Origin: Pristiophorus japonicus
Taxonomy: Eukaryota
Length of the DNA: 64,000 nt
Direction of reading: 5' to 3'
Assembly (NCBI RefSeq): GCF_044704955.1
Contig: NC_091988.1
Span: 148,738,001-148,802,000, forward strand
Made by a program: the position numbers and the translations under genes
Notes under the pieces: generated by a model
Databases searched by the model: none
Told to the model about the DNA's origin: nothing
Seen by the model: only the letters and a program-made list of their open reading frames with translations
Part shown: positions 11,546-23,692 of the stretch, piece after piece
How the letters are laid out: every line of letters starts with the position of its first letter
Numbering within the stretch: position 1 is the first letter of the stretch

Positions 11546-11629
11546 CTCAAAATCCTGATACTGCTCCTCTGTTAGGGACTTTTTGGCGACAACTAGAACG
11601 CGAAGTCCTTCTCTGGCCATGTTGCCACA
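11546..11629 (-). CDS. ATP9A: ATP9A coding exon (window exon 6, 84 nt), EGLR motif
   Basis: TTACAG|TGT GGC ... TTT GAG|GTAACT; [28 protein letters not shown]. Confidence 0.95.
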
Positions 11630-11744
11630 CTGTAATCAGAACAATGAAAACAAATCAGATCCTTTATCTGACAGATAGTTTTATACACACACAGCACCGG
11701 ATTCCTCCTAATAATATATCTTATCAAAAAAAATCAGATACTAT

Positions 11745-12819
11745 GGGCCCAAGTTTCCACATGATTCGCACCTGATTTTTAGGAGCAACTGGTGGAGAAC
11801 GGACTATTTTAGAAATCGTAATTCTCCACATTTTTTTTTCTGCAGTTCTAGTCAGGTAGAACAGTTCTAGTTTAGAACAGAATTTTTTCTTCAAAAGGGG
11901 GCGTGTCCGGCCACTGACGCCTGATTTGAGAGTTTCCACAGTGAAAATGTACTCCAAACTAAAGTAGAATGGAGCCAGTGAAGATTTTTGTAGAACTGAA
12001 AAAACCTGTTCTACACATTAAAAAATCAGGCGCAGGTTACAAATTAGGCGTCCAGAACGAGGTGGGGGGAGGGGAGGGGAAGGGAACTCATTAAATTCGA
12101 CAATAAATCCTTATTTATACTTCTACAAATATTATACAAATAAATCCAACCTGAATAAACATTTATAAGCCACGAAAAGATTAAATAAACCATCTTCCTA
12201 CCTGTGTGAAAGTGCTTCAGCCAGGGAGAATTCTGCAGCCGTTCGTGCCGCTGAGCGGGAGCGGGGGGGAGAGAGAGAGAGGGAGAGAGAGAGAGAGGGG
12301 GGGGGCGTCGGGTCGGGGAACAGGAGCGCGGGTCGGGTCAGTGGGGGGGGGGGGGGGGGAGCGGGTGTCGGGTCTCAGGTCGGGTCTCGTCGGGGGGGGG
12401 GGGGCGCGGGTGTCGGGTCGGGTCTGGTCGGCGGGGGGGGGGGGGGGGGGGGGGGAAGCGAGTGTCGGGTCGGGTCTGGTCAGGCGGGGAGCAAGAGCTG
12501 GCCGTGGGAGGAGCCCCAGTGAGGCCATTGGGCCAGGGCTAGGGGCTGCGTGCTTCGGGCCCCTCCCACACAGTTTGGCACCTGGAGCTACTGCACTTGC
12601 GTGCCGACTGTAGCGCGCATGTGCAGAGGTCCCGGCACTGTTTTCAGCGCCGGGACCTGGCTCCGCCCCCCCACAGCTCGTGCTGACTGCGCCAAGTGCC
12701 AGAGGACCTATAAGTAGGTACAGACTACCGAGGATTTTTTTAGGTGCCGTTTTAGGCGCGAAAAACGGGCGCCCAGCTCGGAGGGGCGCCCGTTTTTTTT
12801 CTTGTGGAAACTTGGGCCC
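11745..12819 (-). mobile_element. Non-autonomous Harbinger-like element, copy 3 (related subfamily)
   Basis: Perfect 17-bp TIR GGGCCCAAGTTTCCACA; flanks TAT and TTT; arms homologous to copy 2; G-rich core of gggtcgggtc units. Confidence 0.85.
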
Positions 12820-13742
12820 TTTATTTCAAGACACTTGACATATCACATGCTCTCGATTTGTTCATTGGTTAGTTCCCAACTACAATACCTTGTCTACATC
12901 TATATTTCTTCCAGCTAAACTTTAAGGGGTGTGTTTAATGCAAGCATTTTGGGGGAAAATCCGATAAATTGCTGAAGGCTTGTTCTTAGACAGCACCACC
13001 TGCTCTTTCTATGGGTCGGTGCTGAAACATCATGAGCCTGGAAATTGCGGTCGGAGGCTTGTCTCCCGCTCTAACCCAGTGGGAATCGCTACCTGGACAG
13101 GGACCAGATTGTGGGCAGCAGGAACCCAAAGGAACAGTTCGCGGCATAAACTAAGTTGTGAGGTGCGGGGCCCATGTGCAATCACAGTCAGGGGGTAGGG
13201 GAGTAAAGCCTGGGGCAGGGGAGGCCAAAGGTTTCCTTGTGGGGCTCGGAGTTACACTCCTGCTCCCACTCTCCCACAAGGAAACCAAGAAAAAAATAAT
13301 TTTACTAACTTTTCTGGCCATCTTCTGGTCTCACTCCTGTTTGCGACCAGGTACCACGAGGAGCTCTTGCGCAAACCCAAGACGTCAGAGGAAACCACAT
13401 TTTGCTTATTTATGAGGACCTCCAACACTTCCAGAGAGCAGGGAATCAAATGACAACGGCCGTGAGCGGGGCAAGAACATGGAAGCAAAATTGTTTCCCC
13501 AATTTTAACTCCTGCCCACCCCATTCCCATCAGCTGTGGGGGTTAAAAATCAGGACTACAATGTCAGCAGCCTGCCTTTATAATTAATGAAAATCAAGCA
13601 GACTTTGGTCATTTTGTATTATTCCTAAAAAATATTCCAGAGGGTATTTGTGCTCAAATATTCAGGGGTACAACCATTAAAGGACCTTGTCCGGGAAATT
13701 TCCTATAAATGCGTGAACAAGAAAATGAGAAAGACAACATAC

Positions 13743-13835
13743 CTCTTCTTCAAGCCAGTCATTGTACTGAACAATCCCCATCATGACCACATCAGCCCCT
13801 TTCATGTAAAATGTAATCTCTCCCGTAGATTCATC
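13743..13835 (-). CDS. ATP9A: ATP9A coding exon (window exon 5, 93 nt), KGAD nucleotide-binding motif
   Basis: ACTAG|GAT GAA ... GAA GAG|GTATGT; [31 protein letters not shown]. Confidence 0.95.
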
Positions 13836-16800
13836 CTAGTCAAAAAAAACACAATTACAATAGAGACATAGCACTTGGAGGAACAGCTTGAGTACTTTGT
13901 TCACTGCCAAATTCTTGCACGGACAGATGACGCTAAAGAGCCTCACTTAGCCACTCCTGCACTATCCAGCCTTTTGCCAATTAAAGGGCAATTTCTCAGA
14001 GAGACAGTCAGTACAACAACAACTTTCATTTATATCACCGCTTTAATGTAAAAACTGTCCCAAGGTACTTCAGAAACCTGTATGTGGAAAACACAAGTCT
14101 GCACAGCAAAGGACAGATTTGGAGGGACAAAGAGATGAGTTTTGAGGAGATTTAAAAGGAGTAAAGAGAGGTGGTGGAATTTAGGAAGGGAGTTCCAACA
14201 AAAGAAAACACACCGATGAACTCATTTAAAACTTTGTCCAAGTTAACACCCATCATTGATCTTTGTTTGTGAAACCCAACATCATGTTAGCTTCGATCAC
14301 AAACAGAATGACAGCCATTTGCCGAAGTACATCAAAGGAATACTACAGGGAGGGCTCACAGAAAAACACAATCATATGTCTGAGCCTTTCCTCAGGAAAT
14401 GCTGGATATAAAGATGAAACATGATAGGAATTCACTTTTGTTACTATATATTATGTATCCAAGAATCTGTCCTTCATTCATTACTCCATCCCAGCACTCA
14501 TTTTCAGAGCTTGCTGACTTCAGCATGGAATGAAATGAACTTTCATTAAACAACTAGACTGCCCTCCCAGCATTCTAATACTTATCTCATTTACACTCAA
14601 ACATTATGCATGGTCTTATAAAAGAGTGCACTGCAAACACAAAGTGCTTATAAATGGGCAGTTATAAAAAAAAAAATTTCAACTGGAGATTATCAGAACC
14701 CCTCAATGTGTTTTCAAACCTTAAAATACATCCCCAGCAAAGTGCCCTTCTCTATACAAGGTTTTTCTGCTTCTTTCATAAGTTGAGCCATCCACACCAC
14801 TGAAAAGACAATTAAATCTTAATGAATTTTCACACATTATTTTAAACCAGCCCTGTTACAAATCACTGACTTCAGGGGAATTAATGTACCATAGCATCAG
14901 ATTGCATTTTGCCGGACTTTAAATATAGAAAATTGCTAAAGTTGTAAATTTCATAAATTCAGGCCCAGCTAATTATCATTTTTTTTAAAGTCAGTCTTTG
15001 CTTTTGTAGAACTAACTACATTTATAACTTGCATATGAAATAAAATAACAGATTCCTATTGCTCAAGGTTGTTGAATTTTGGGTAAATAAGTTGCTTTGG
15101 ATCAAGTGGAAATGTGATTCATTTAATCATCAATATGGCTAACATTGCTTGTGACTATAAAAACAAAGCTGGACTTCCTGTCTTGCTAGAAGCAGCCACA
15201 TTGTTTATAAACACTGACGCAGTATCAGCAGTCGATGCACGTTCGTCATTTCCCCAGCCAAGTTCAGCAGGAGGTTGTTACTTTCTCAAATGAGTTGTCC
15301 AAACTGTAGCTTAGGTTTCTGTTACCTCGCTGTGTACAAGACAGCTAAAGAAAAGGAACGAACAAGAGAAGGAACCATCATCCTGCTAAACAGGCTGCTG
15401 TAACTAGAGATGTTACCTTCCCAATCATGTCGAAGCTAAATACAAATTCAAAAAAGGCCCAGTGAAATATATGTACCACAGGGCTCCGATGTATGCACCA
15501 TGTCCAGAAAATAAATTTCCAACTTATATTTTTCAACCTTTGACTTTTAAAAGATAAATGTAAAATCACTTAGCATGAGGACAATATTTGCTGCACAAGT
15601 ATGTTGCTAGAGGCCATCTTTTCTTCACCATTGAAAAGGAGGTATTTGGTAGCTGTATATTTTCAGACACTGTACATTCAGTCCATCCAAAGCAATTGTA
15701 AACCCACTTGAGTTTTGTTTATTTCAAGTGGATGAACATGCAATCGTCTTGTAATCATAACTAAAACCTAAATCAAGATTTTTTTCCCTGTGATTTCAGT
15801 TCAGTCTGCAATTATGAACAATCTAAAGAGCTTTATTTGTAGCATTAGGAATTGTTTGTATTGAAGATCGTCTCATGGTAAGGAGGGTGATAGGACCAGA
15901 TGGATCACCTATTGTATAACAGGCATTAAGCAAAGGTAGGTTTTAAAAAGAGCAGCTTTTCAGTGGCATCCAGGCACTAGTTGGGTGCGCTGGAGTTGGC
16001 CTTGATATTCACAGGGAGGCGAGGAGGGTGCGGGTGAGGCCTCATTAACATCTTGTAGCTCCGCCTCCCGCCGGCAGCCAGCCAAATGGACAGCCCGGCC
16101 GGCTTGAGAGGGAGCACTAGCAGCAGGAGGCCGGGGATCTTGAGGACGGTCCACGGTATTTGGGAGGCTGGGGGAAAGGTGGTCAGAGCTGGATGAGGAC
16201 AAAGTCTTTCTTGGGGGGGGGGGGGGGGGGAAAACAGAGGGGACACACACACTCCTGCAGCTCCTGACCCACAAGGAGTACTGAAAGAGCCACTTACCTC
16301 GGGGAGCCGGCAGCTCACGCCCAATTGTATTACAGTCTCCCTCCTCCCCACCACCTGCCCTCACCGTCAAGATTCAAGCCTGAATGTTGGTCAGGTAGAT
16401 GATACCAGAGGGGCATTGGTGCCCGTGGAACTGTATCCCAGCAAGGATTCAACACAATGAGAGAAAGGGACAGGAGGGGAGAGATGAAAAGGGGAGGAGA
16501 AAATTGGCAAGAATCTTTTTATTTTTAAAGTCTTAGCCTCAGAAAGTTGCTGCATCAGTGGCCCTTCCTAATAAAATGAGGATGGCCATTGTAAATGTGG
16601 CTGTGCCCCTCTTTTTAACAAATAACATAAAATGTGCCTGTGTCCACCAGAGCCCTGATGAGCACTTGTGAATCAACAAACTTTATAGCGTGTGCATATA
16701 CAACATAGTTGGTTTCCGTGAGGTACTAGCTGTGAGAAAATCGCAGGGCTTTGAACGTCCCCTCCATTCTGATACCACCTTTAAATGTACCCCATCATGA

Positions 16801-17792
16801 TCATTGTTCAATGCAGTAATAATTAAATACTACAAGGAAAATGCTAAATAAAGTTTGGTCATTTCCTGAGCACAAGGGTCTCTTAGCAATTAAACTACAA
16901 TCACATGCTTAGCTTTTAAACATAAAAGTGAGGCAATAGCTTTCCATGGTTGCTGGGTAACAAAGTTTATCATCGATTTAATAGAGGGCTGCTGACTCAT
17001 TTCCATGAGTGCGTGCTTTTTAGCTGCAAATACGCAACTCTTGATTTGCACCTTGCCATGGTAAATGTCACCCTTAATTAGGTGATGCAAACAATTCTAA
17101 GATAGTTTACTGAGTTTGTTTGAAACAAACTGCAGAAAGACAGGTAACAATTGGTGCAAAAATTAAATAACCAAGGATGAGTTGAGGTCAGAATTTATCT
17201 ACTTTTGCTCAAATTACACTAAACCATAAACAGTTTGTGTTTAAACAAATGTTCCAGAGATTAAACAGATCAGTATTTATGTATTTTACCACACAGCAGT
17301 ACAGGAAATGATGGTAGCTAAAAATATTGTCAGAGCAGATGACAAATATTGCAAGTTTATTTTTACTGCTAAAATACTATGCTTTACGGGAGTTACAATC
17401 TTTGCCTTAAATGGCACGATTCTTCAAACATCCCCCCATTTGATCTAACCCACTGTTTTTAAAATATTGTACTTTAAGAGCAAAACAAAAGTGTAGAAAA
17501 ATATGGAAATGCTCTCCCCATGTTTCCAAATTTATTCAATGAACAGCTGAGCCTGAGGCCCAGATTTTATTTCACTGATTTTGTTCAGTTATCTGATCTC
17601 ATCTGCAATTAGCTTCTGCGTCCCTTGGGAAGGGAAATATCAGATAGGGCTCCCACATGAGATCCTTATCTAGCAATCCATGCTGATTGTGTCCATATGT
17701 CAATGCCAAAGAAGGATGGGATCAGCATGTTTGTGATGCCCTCTGCAGTCGAATAGCTTGCTGGAACTTATTATCAACATGAATAATGGCCA

Positions 17793-17993
17793 ATATAAAT
17801 AATAAATGCTGGAAATACTCAGAAGTTCCGTCAGCATCGGTGGAGAGAAGGAGAAAGAGAGTTAGCCCTTCAGGTCTGTGAACGTTAACTCGGTTTCTCT
17901 CTCCACAGATGCTATCTCAACTGCTGTATTTCTAGCATTTTCTGCTTATATTTCAGATTTCCAGCATCCATAGTATTTTCCTTTTTGCATTGG
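17793..17993. mobile_element. Palindromic retroelement remnant (Penelope-like terminal repeat) with a 13-bp TSD
   Basis: Flanked by perfect TGAATAATGGCCA (17780-17792 and 17994-18006); arms aaatgctggaaatac..cagcatcggtggagag and ctctccacagatgct..gtatttctagcattt are reverse complements. Family assignment is from recall. Confidence 0.6.
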
Positions 17994-18174
17994 TGAATAA
18001 TGGCCACTTGGGTGAGATACAGGTGGATCACAGGCACCTGTGGAACCTAGTAGTCAAGGCCTTCAAGGGTGATGGAGAAAATAGAAAGTAAAATGATGGA
18101 AAAAGAACAGAGGGAACAAACCAGCACTAGTTAGCTCTTAACCATTTATTTCAGTGTCCCTTTGCAACACTTAC

Positions 18175-18336
18175 TTTGACAATGATTCCCATGCGCTTGC
18201 TCTCGTAAGTAAATGGAAACACCTGCAAGATACTGAAGTTCAGAATCTGTCCTCCGGGTGTCCTCAGCTGCATAGAGGATTGGTCCCGGCCTACAAGAGT
18301 CAGGCCGACGCACTCTGTCCACTGCACCAAAGATAC
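18175..18336 (-). CDS. ATP9A: ATP9A coding exon (window exon 4, 162 nt)
   Basis: TTTCAG|GTA TCT ... GTC AAA|GTAAGT; [54 protein letters not shown]. Confidence 0.95.
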
Positions 18337-19670
18337 CTGAAACACAATAGGAATAGAATATCAGCCAGGCTACTGGAATTCAGAGTTTAAAGGTCACTTA
18401 ACTGAAAAGTGATGGGGGAGGGATAACTTATTGTTAAGTCGAAGAAAACGAGTCAACCGTCAGGACCAGGATAACAACACAGTTCCTGCAAGATGGCCTT
18501 GTAATGTAGACAAATGCCCTTTAATGCTATAATTTCCTCAGGGAGATTAAGTACAGCAATTAACAATCAGTTCAGATTAGCTGCAGTGACAATACCATAC
18601 AAATTTAGAGTGTCATGTGCAGTCAGAATATAGATATAATTATACTCTATTATTAAATGGACTATAATTTATGAACTTGTAATATTATCAAAACTACTTT
18701 AACATCCATCTGTGGCATTACCAAGTTTCAGAATCAGTCATCAGGAGGTAGAAGACGTTGAAATACAAAATCTCCGAACCACACATCTTGTGGAAAGGAT
18801 CACAAATACAATGATAAAATCAAAAATCTCTGTCATGTACCTTCTAAATAGTAGAAGTTCAAGGCTGGATTGTCATCTTGGGGTACAGCAGATGTTCACA
18901 GCCATTTAAGCTTCATCATCACACTCAATTCAACCAGCTCTTATTATTTCCAAGTACCAATTATTTTGTAGATCTTTACATTTTTTTTGCCTCAAACTGT
19001 AGTACGGCAGGTTAAATACCACCACCTAATAACATGAACAGCAATCAGCAGGATTGACTGATTTTAGCTGTACCAGTTATCTGCTGATCACGGAGATAAA
19101 CTCAATTTAACAGTTTGCATTATTGACTGACAGCAACTATAGTTTTTTCCCCATCCAGATATTTAAAGTAACTATTGCAGCACTGGTAGGGCAGCATAGC
19201 ACTTTGGCACTCCACTCACTGTGAGGAAAGGAGGTGGGGCGAAGGTTACTTTCCACAGAGGATCTCCTGCTTATCTGCTGTAACTTTGTTGGGAAGAGCC
19301 GCTGAATTCGGGAAAAACAGTGAAATCCCCAATTATGCCATTCTTCCAGTGTTGCCATGGCTCTTCCAAAAATTACAGGAGACAAGTAGGAGAACCCCAT
19401 TGAACATTCACCCCACAGTGAGATTTGGGTTCAATCCCATAACGCCAGTCAAGGTGACACCATTGGAGGGATCAGGCGTCTCTGATGCATCGCCTGGGAG
19501 AACAGTCTCTAGCATTAGCCGGGTAGGAAATCATACCCCACAAGAAACTGTTCAAGTAGTACCGTCCAGCATTTCTGTAAATATCCACTCTCATATGTGA
19601 GGCTAGACAGAGAATGTTGGCTGACTATTTGACCACATGGCCAAGATCAATCCTGCACTCATCCAATATC

Positions 19671-19699
<29 letters not shown>
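19671..19699. repeat. (CA)n microsatellite
   Basis: cacacaca run. Confidence 0.9.
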
Positions 19700-19702
<3 letters not shown>

Positions 19703-20318
19703 GAGGGAAAGGTCACTGGATGATGATCGGAACAAAAAACTCAGGCCAAACGTTCCCTCCCTAAGCCAGGTGCTTGGAAAGACTATTATAGCGGCCTCCC
19801 ACCGTGGAGATCAGCTACCTCAGAACAGACCAGGGATTAAACCCGAAACGTTCCTGGTCTGACTACCTCTTTACCAGCTGAGCCTTCAGAGGATCCAGTG
19901 AAAGATTTTTAATACAGTTTTGCACTGCTACAAAAGTAAACTTGAGGAAAAAATATATTTGAGCATGTATGGCTTTTGGTGGAAGAACATCTGAATACAA
20001 CAGTATTGAAGTTCGTCTGACTCAAACAGTCAACTCAGAAATGCTGATGAAGATCTGATTATTCTTTTATGGCTGAGCATCTAACATTCTTCTCAGAATT
20101 TGCATTCCGATTCCCCTTTTATCCCTTAGACCATAGGATTTGGGTTCAATCCCATAATGCCAGTCATGGTGACACCATGGGGAGGGATTGGGCAGTTGGA
20201 AATCAGTGCTTTGGAGCAGGGCTTGTAGCCATTGGTTACCAGTTTCAATATCCTATCATCTGGTCTCTGAGGTTGTCGCCGGCTCGTACCGAAGTTCTTC
20301 AAGAAATGTGAATGCTTT

Positions 20319-20900
20319 GGACCGGATTTTCAGCTTTTGGGGTTTTTCGGCGAAATGGTAGCGATACATGAAAATTACCGTTTTTGCTGCACTACCGTTT
20401 TTAGGCTGAACTTTCGGCTTTTGTGGTCTGCGCCAAGCGATGAGGGAGGCGTTCCACGATTATTCGTGGCGCAAAACGAGAGTTTCGGCAACTTTAGTCC
20501 GGGGTATTTTGTGCTGTGAGAGGGGGAGGGGGAGATAAAAAAAACATTCCAAAAACATTTACAAGACCCTTAACGAAGTAATCGCTGCAAAAAAATTAAT
20601 AAAAATTTTAACTCATCTTTTTTGCAGGTTTCAGACTTACCACTACTGGCAGGACTGCACCGACAGGTGTTTGACTTGTTGCTATTCTGTGCGCAGTGTA
20701 CAGGTCAGAAGTGAGTCGAAACTCAATCGCAAACGCAATCGGAATTGTTGCACATCGGTGCACCTCTCCACGGCGGTACTTGGAAGCGCCGCCGCAAATA
20801 GGTACCCGAGGATCCCACCCGGGCTTTGCGGCCAGGTTTTCGCCGCGGAGGGTCAAATCGCAGCAAAAACCTGGTCGCAAACCTCTCAAAAATCCGACCG
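20319..20900. mobile_element. GC/CpG-rich non-autonomous DNA transposon remnant (Harbinger-like)
   Basis: Begins GGACCGGATTTTC; CpG-rich arms around an A-rich centre with ttttttgcaggtttc..cttacc, shared with 21363-21925. Confidence 0.45.
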
Positions 20901-21362
20901 TTTACGGTTTAAAATTAAAAGGACATTAAATTTATATTGCTCTTAAAAATGATTTTCTCTCCGTCCTTTTTGTTTCCATTTTCTTTCTTGCTTATTTGCC
21001 CCCTTTTTTTGTGTGTCTAACGTTTGCCTCCTTGGTGCTCTTAAATTTGGTTCAGGCATTTCCCATCAGCCCCAAAACACGTCAATTAAAAGTATGCAAT
21101 GGTGAATTTACTGGAAGGTTATTGTTCCACCAAGTGGTAAATAAAGTAGATTGCACTTCATTGTACCTCAAACACATAAAAACAGCTGGTGACATGTTAA
21201 CCTGTCTATATTAGATGCATTTAAGGGGAAGCTGGATAAGCATGAGGCAGAAAGGAATAAAAGAATATGCTGATAGGGTTAGATGAAGAAGGGTGGTTAG
21301 AGGCTCATGTGGAGCATAAATGCAGGTTCAGACCAGCTGGGCCGAATGGTCTGGTTCTGTGA

Positions 21363-21925
21363 TGGGCTGGAACTTGATCAAAAACCACCACCACTGGATT
21401 CCCGCCCAAAAAACCACAAAGATTATTCAATTAAGGCCAGCGCAAAATTGATCAAAAAATTGAAAAAATTCTGCCCAGTGGGAAAAATCGGTGTTCCACA
21501 TGGATTCTCGGCAGAAAACACGATCCTGGTCAAATTGAGTGGTATTTTAGTCAAAATTTAGTCCAAGACTGCGAGGTGGGCCTAGGGAGAGGGGAAAAAC
21601 ACCGAAAATATTTTTCAAAAAAACAAATCAAAATCGGAAAACAGTCACAGGACTCTTTTCGCTGCAAAAGAATGTCAAAGAACTTTCACTTACTTTTTTT
21701 GCAGGGTTTCATACCGACTGCCACTGCTCTGGCTGATTTCTCCTGGGCGGTGTTTGTTTCAGCAACTACGGAACACCGCTACCACCAGTCAGGCAGAAGC
21801 GTTTTTTTTTTCAGTGCTGCATGCCAGCGGTCCGCTCCCCAGCGGTATTTCGAAACCGCTGGCGGGATACTGACGAATCTTTTGGTTTTCAACCCAAAAA
21901 TACGAATACCACCGAGAAAAACTTG
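21363..21925. mobile_element. Non-autonomous DNA transposon remnant (Harbinger-like)
   Basis: Begins GGGCTGGAACTT; same internal layout as 20319-20900. Confidence 0.45.
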
Positions 21926-22050
21926 AATCATCTTCCTAAATATTGATAACTTTCATTTTGTTTTACACGTGATGCTGGCAAAGCCCTGAGCTGGTGGTGA
22001 TTCTCCTTTAACTGATGCAGTCCTTGTGCTGATGGTGCTCCCACAATAAC

Positions 22051-22580
22051 TTGAGGAAGGACATTCTTGCTATTGAGGGAGTGCAGCGAAGATTCACCAG
22101 ACTGATTCCCGGGATGGTGGGACTGACCTATCAAGAAAGACTGGATCAACTGGGCTTGTATTCACTGGAGTTCAGAAGAATGAGAGGGGACCTCATAGAA
22201 ACATTTAAAATTCTGACGGGTTTAGACAGGTTAGATGCAGGAAGAATGTTCCCAATGTTGGGGAAGTCCAGAACCAGGGGTCACAGTCTAAGGATAAGGG
22301 GTAAGCCATTTAGGACCGAGATGAGGAGAAACTTCTTCACCCAGAGAGTGGTGAACCTGTGGAATTCTCTACCACAGAAAGTAGTTGAAGCCAATTCACT
22401 AAATATATTCAAAAGGGAGTTAGATGAAGTCCTTACTGCTAGGGGGATCAAGGGGTATGGCGAGAAAGCAGGAAGGGGGTACTGAAGTTGCATGTTCATC
22501 CATGAACTCATTGAATGGCAGTGCAGGCTAGAAGGGCTGAATGGCCTGCTCCTGCACTTATTTTCTATGTTTCTATGATG
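22051..22580 (+). mobile_element. CR1 LINE 3' end (well preserved, 5'-truncated)
   Basis: Open frame RKDILAIEGVQRRFTRLIPG...NLWNSLP...GIKGYG; tttctatg tail. Confidence 0.9.
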
Positions 22581-22599
22581 TTACATAGAGAATTCCAAA

Positions 22600-23440
22600 A
22601 TATTGACCAGGCACTAATGAAGGAATGGCGATTTACATCCAATTAAATGGAGGTGATGGTGTTTCAATGATCTTGATGCTCTTGTCCTTCTTGGTGATAG
22701 AGGTTGCTGTGCTAGAAGCTGCTGTTGAAGCAAGTTTATTGAGTTGCTGCAGCGCATCCTGCAGAGTGTATATAAAACATACAGTGTACAGCTGAACATT
22801 GTAAAATCGTCAACCAACTCCTGAAGCTATGATGAAGTGAAGGTCACCAACAAAGCAGTGAAATGGTTGGATTGAGAACACTTCCCTGAGGAACTTTGAT
22901 GTCATGTCGTGGAGCTGCAATAATTGGTATCCACCAATCATTACCATCTTCTCTTGTGTCAGGTATGACTCCAGCCATTGAAGGATTTTATTCTTGACCC
23001 CTCCTGACCTCAGTTTTGCTAGGGCTCCTTGGTGCCATACTCTGTCAAACGCTGCCATGATGTTGTGGGCAGTCACCATCACCTCTGTTCTGGTATTCAG
23101 GTCTTGCAGTCATATCTGAATCAAGGCTGTGATGATGTTTGAAGTTGTGCTGCCAGTGGAACTCAAACTGACCATCAGCAAACAGCTTATTGGGGAGTCG
23201 GTATTGACTGATGTCACTGTTGACAGTGGAAGGAGGCTGGTAAAGCAATAAATGGCCGGGTTAGATTTGTCCTGATTTTTAAAAATTTGATATTCTTGGG
23301 CAAATTTTCACATTGTCCAGTAGATGTCAGTGTAATAGTTGAACTGGAATAGCTTGGGAAATGGGGGACAAGTTAGTTCTGAAGCACAGGTCTTCAACAC
23401 TACAGCCAGGCTGTTGTCAGACCCCCTAAGCTGCTGCTTC
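22600..23440 (-). mobile_element. Degenerate non-LTR retrotransposon RT fossil (clade uncertain)
   Basis: AAFDRVWHQGALAKLRS...LQWLESYLTQ and LKTCASEL..P..KLFQ, RT domain motifs. Confidence 0.7.
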
Positions 23441-23692
23441 AATATTTTACAATACTCCCTGCTGTTTACCATCCCTCCCCTCTCTAGAGTACTCATTTAA
23501 AAACAAAACCAGACATATGTCGATAGAACTCACACTTCGTCATCTTTGCTGTCCGTGGTTGACAGCCTATAATGTAGATTACTCATCAACCACAAAAGTG
23601 CCAAAGTCAGAAACGCACGAACTTAAATGAGTAAACATTTATAGTGACTGACCCCAATTTCAACTGTCCATTGGTTGTTGTTACAAAGATAA

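Noticed and set aside
16650-16680. Possible hammerhead ribozyme core CTGATGAGCAC..GTGAA
   Set aside because: No GAAA core or stem III. Other CTGATGA sites checked (about 20044, 37853, 54808) also lack it.
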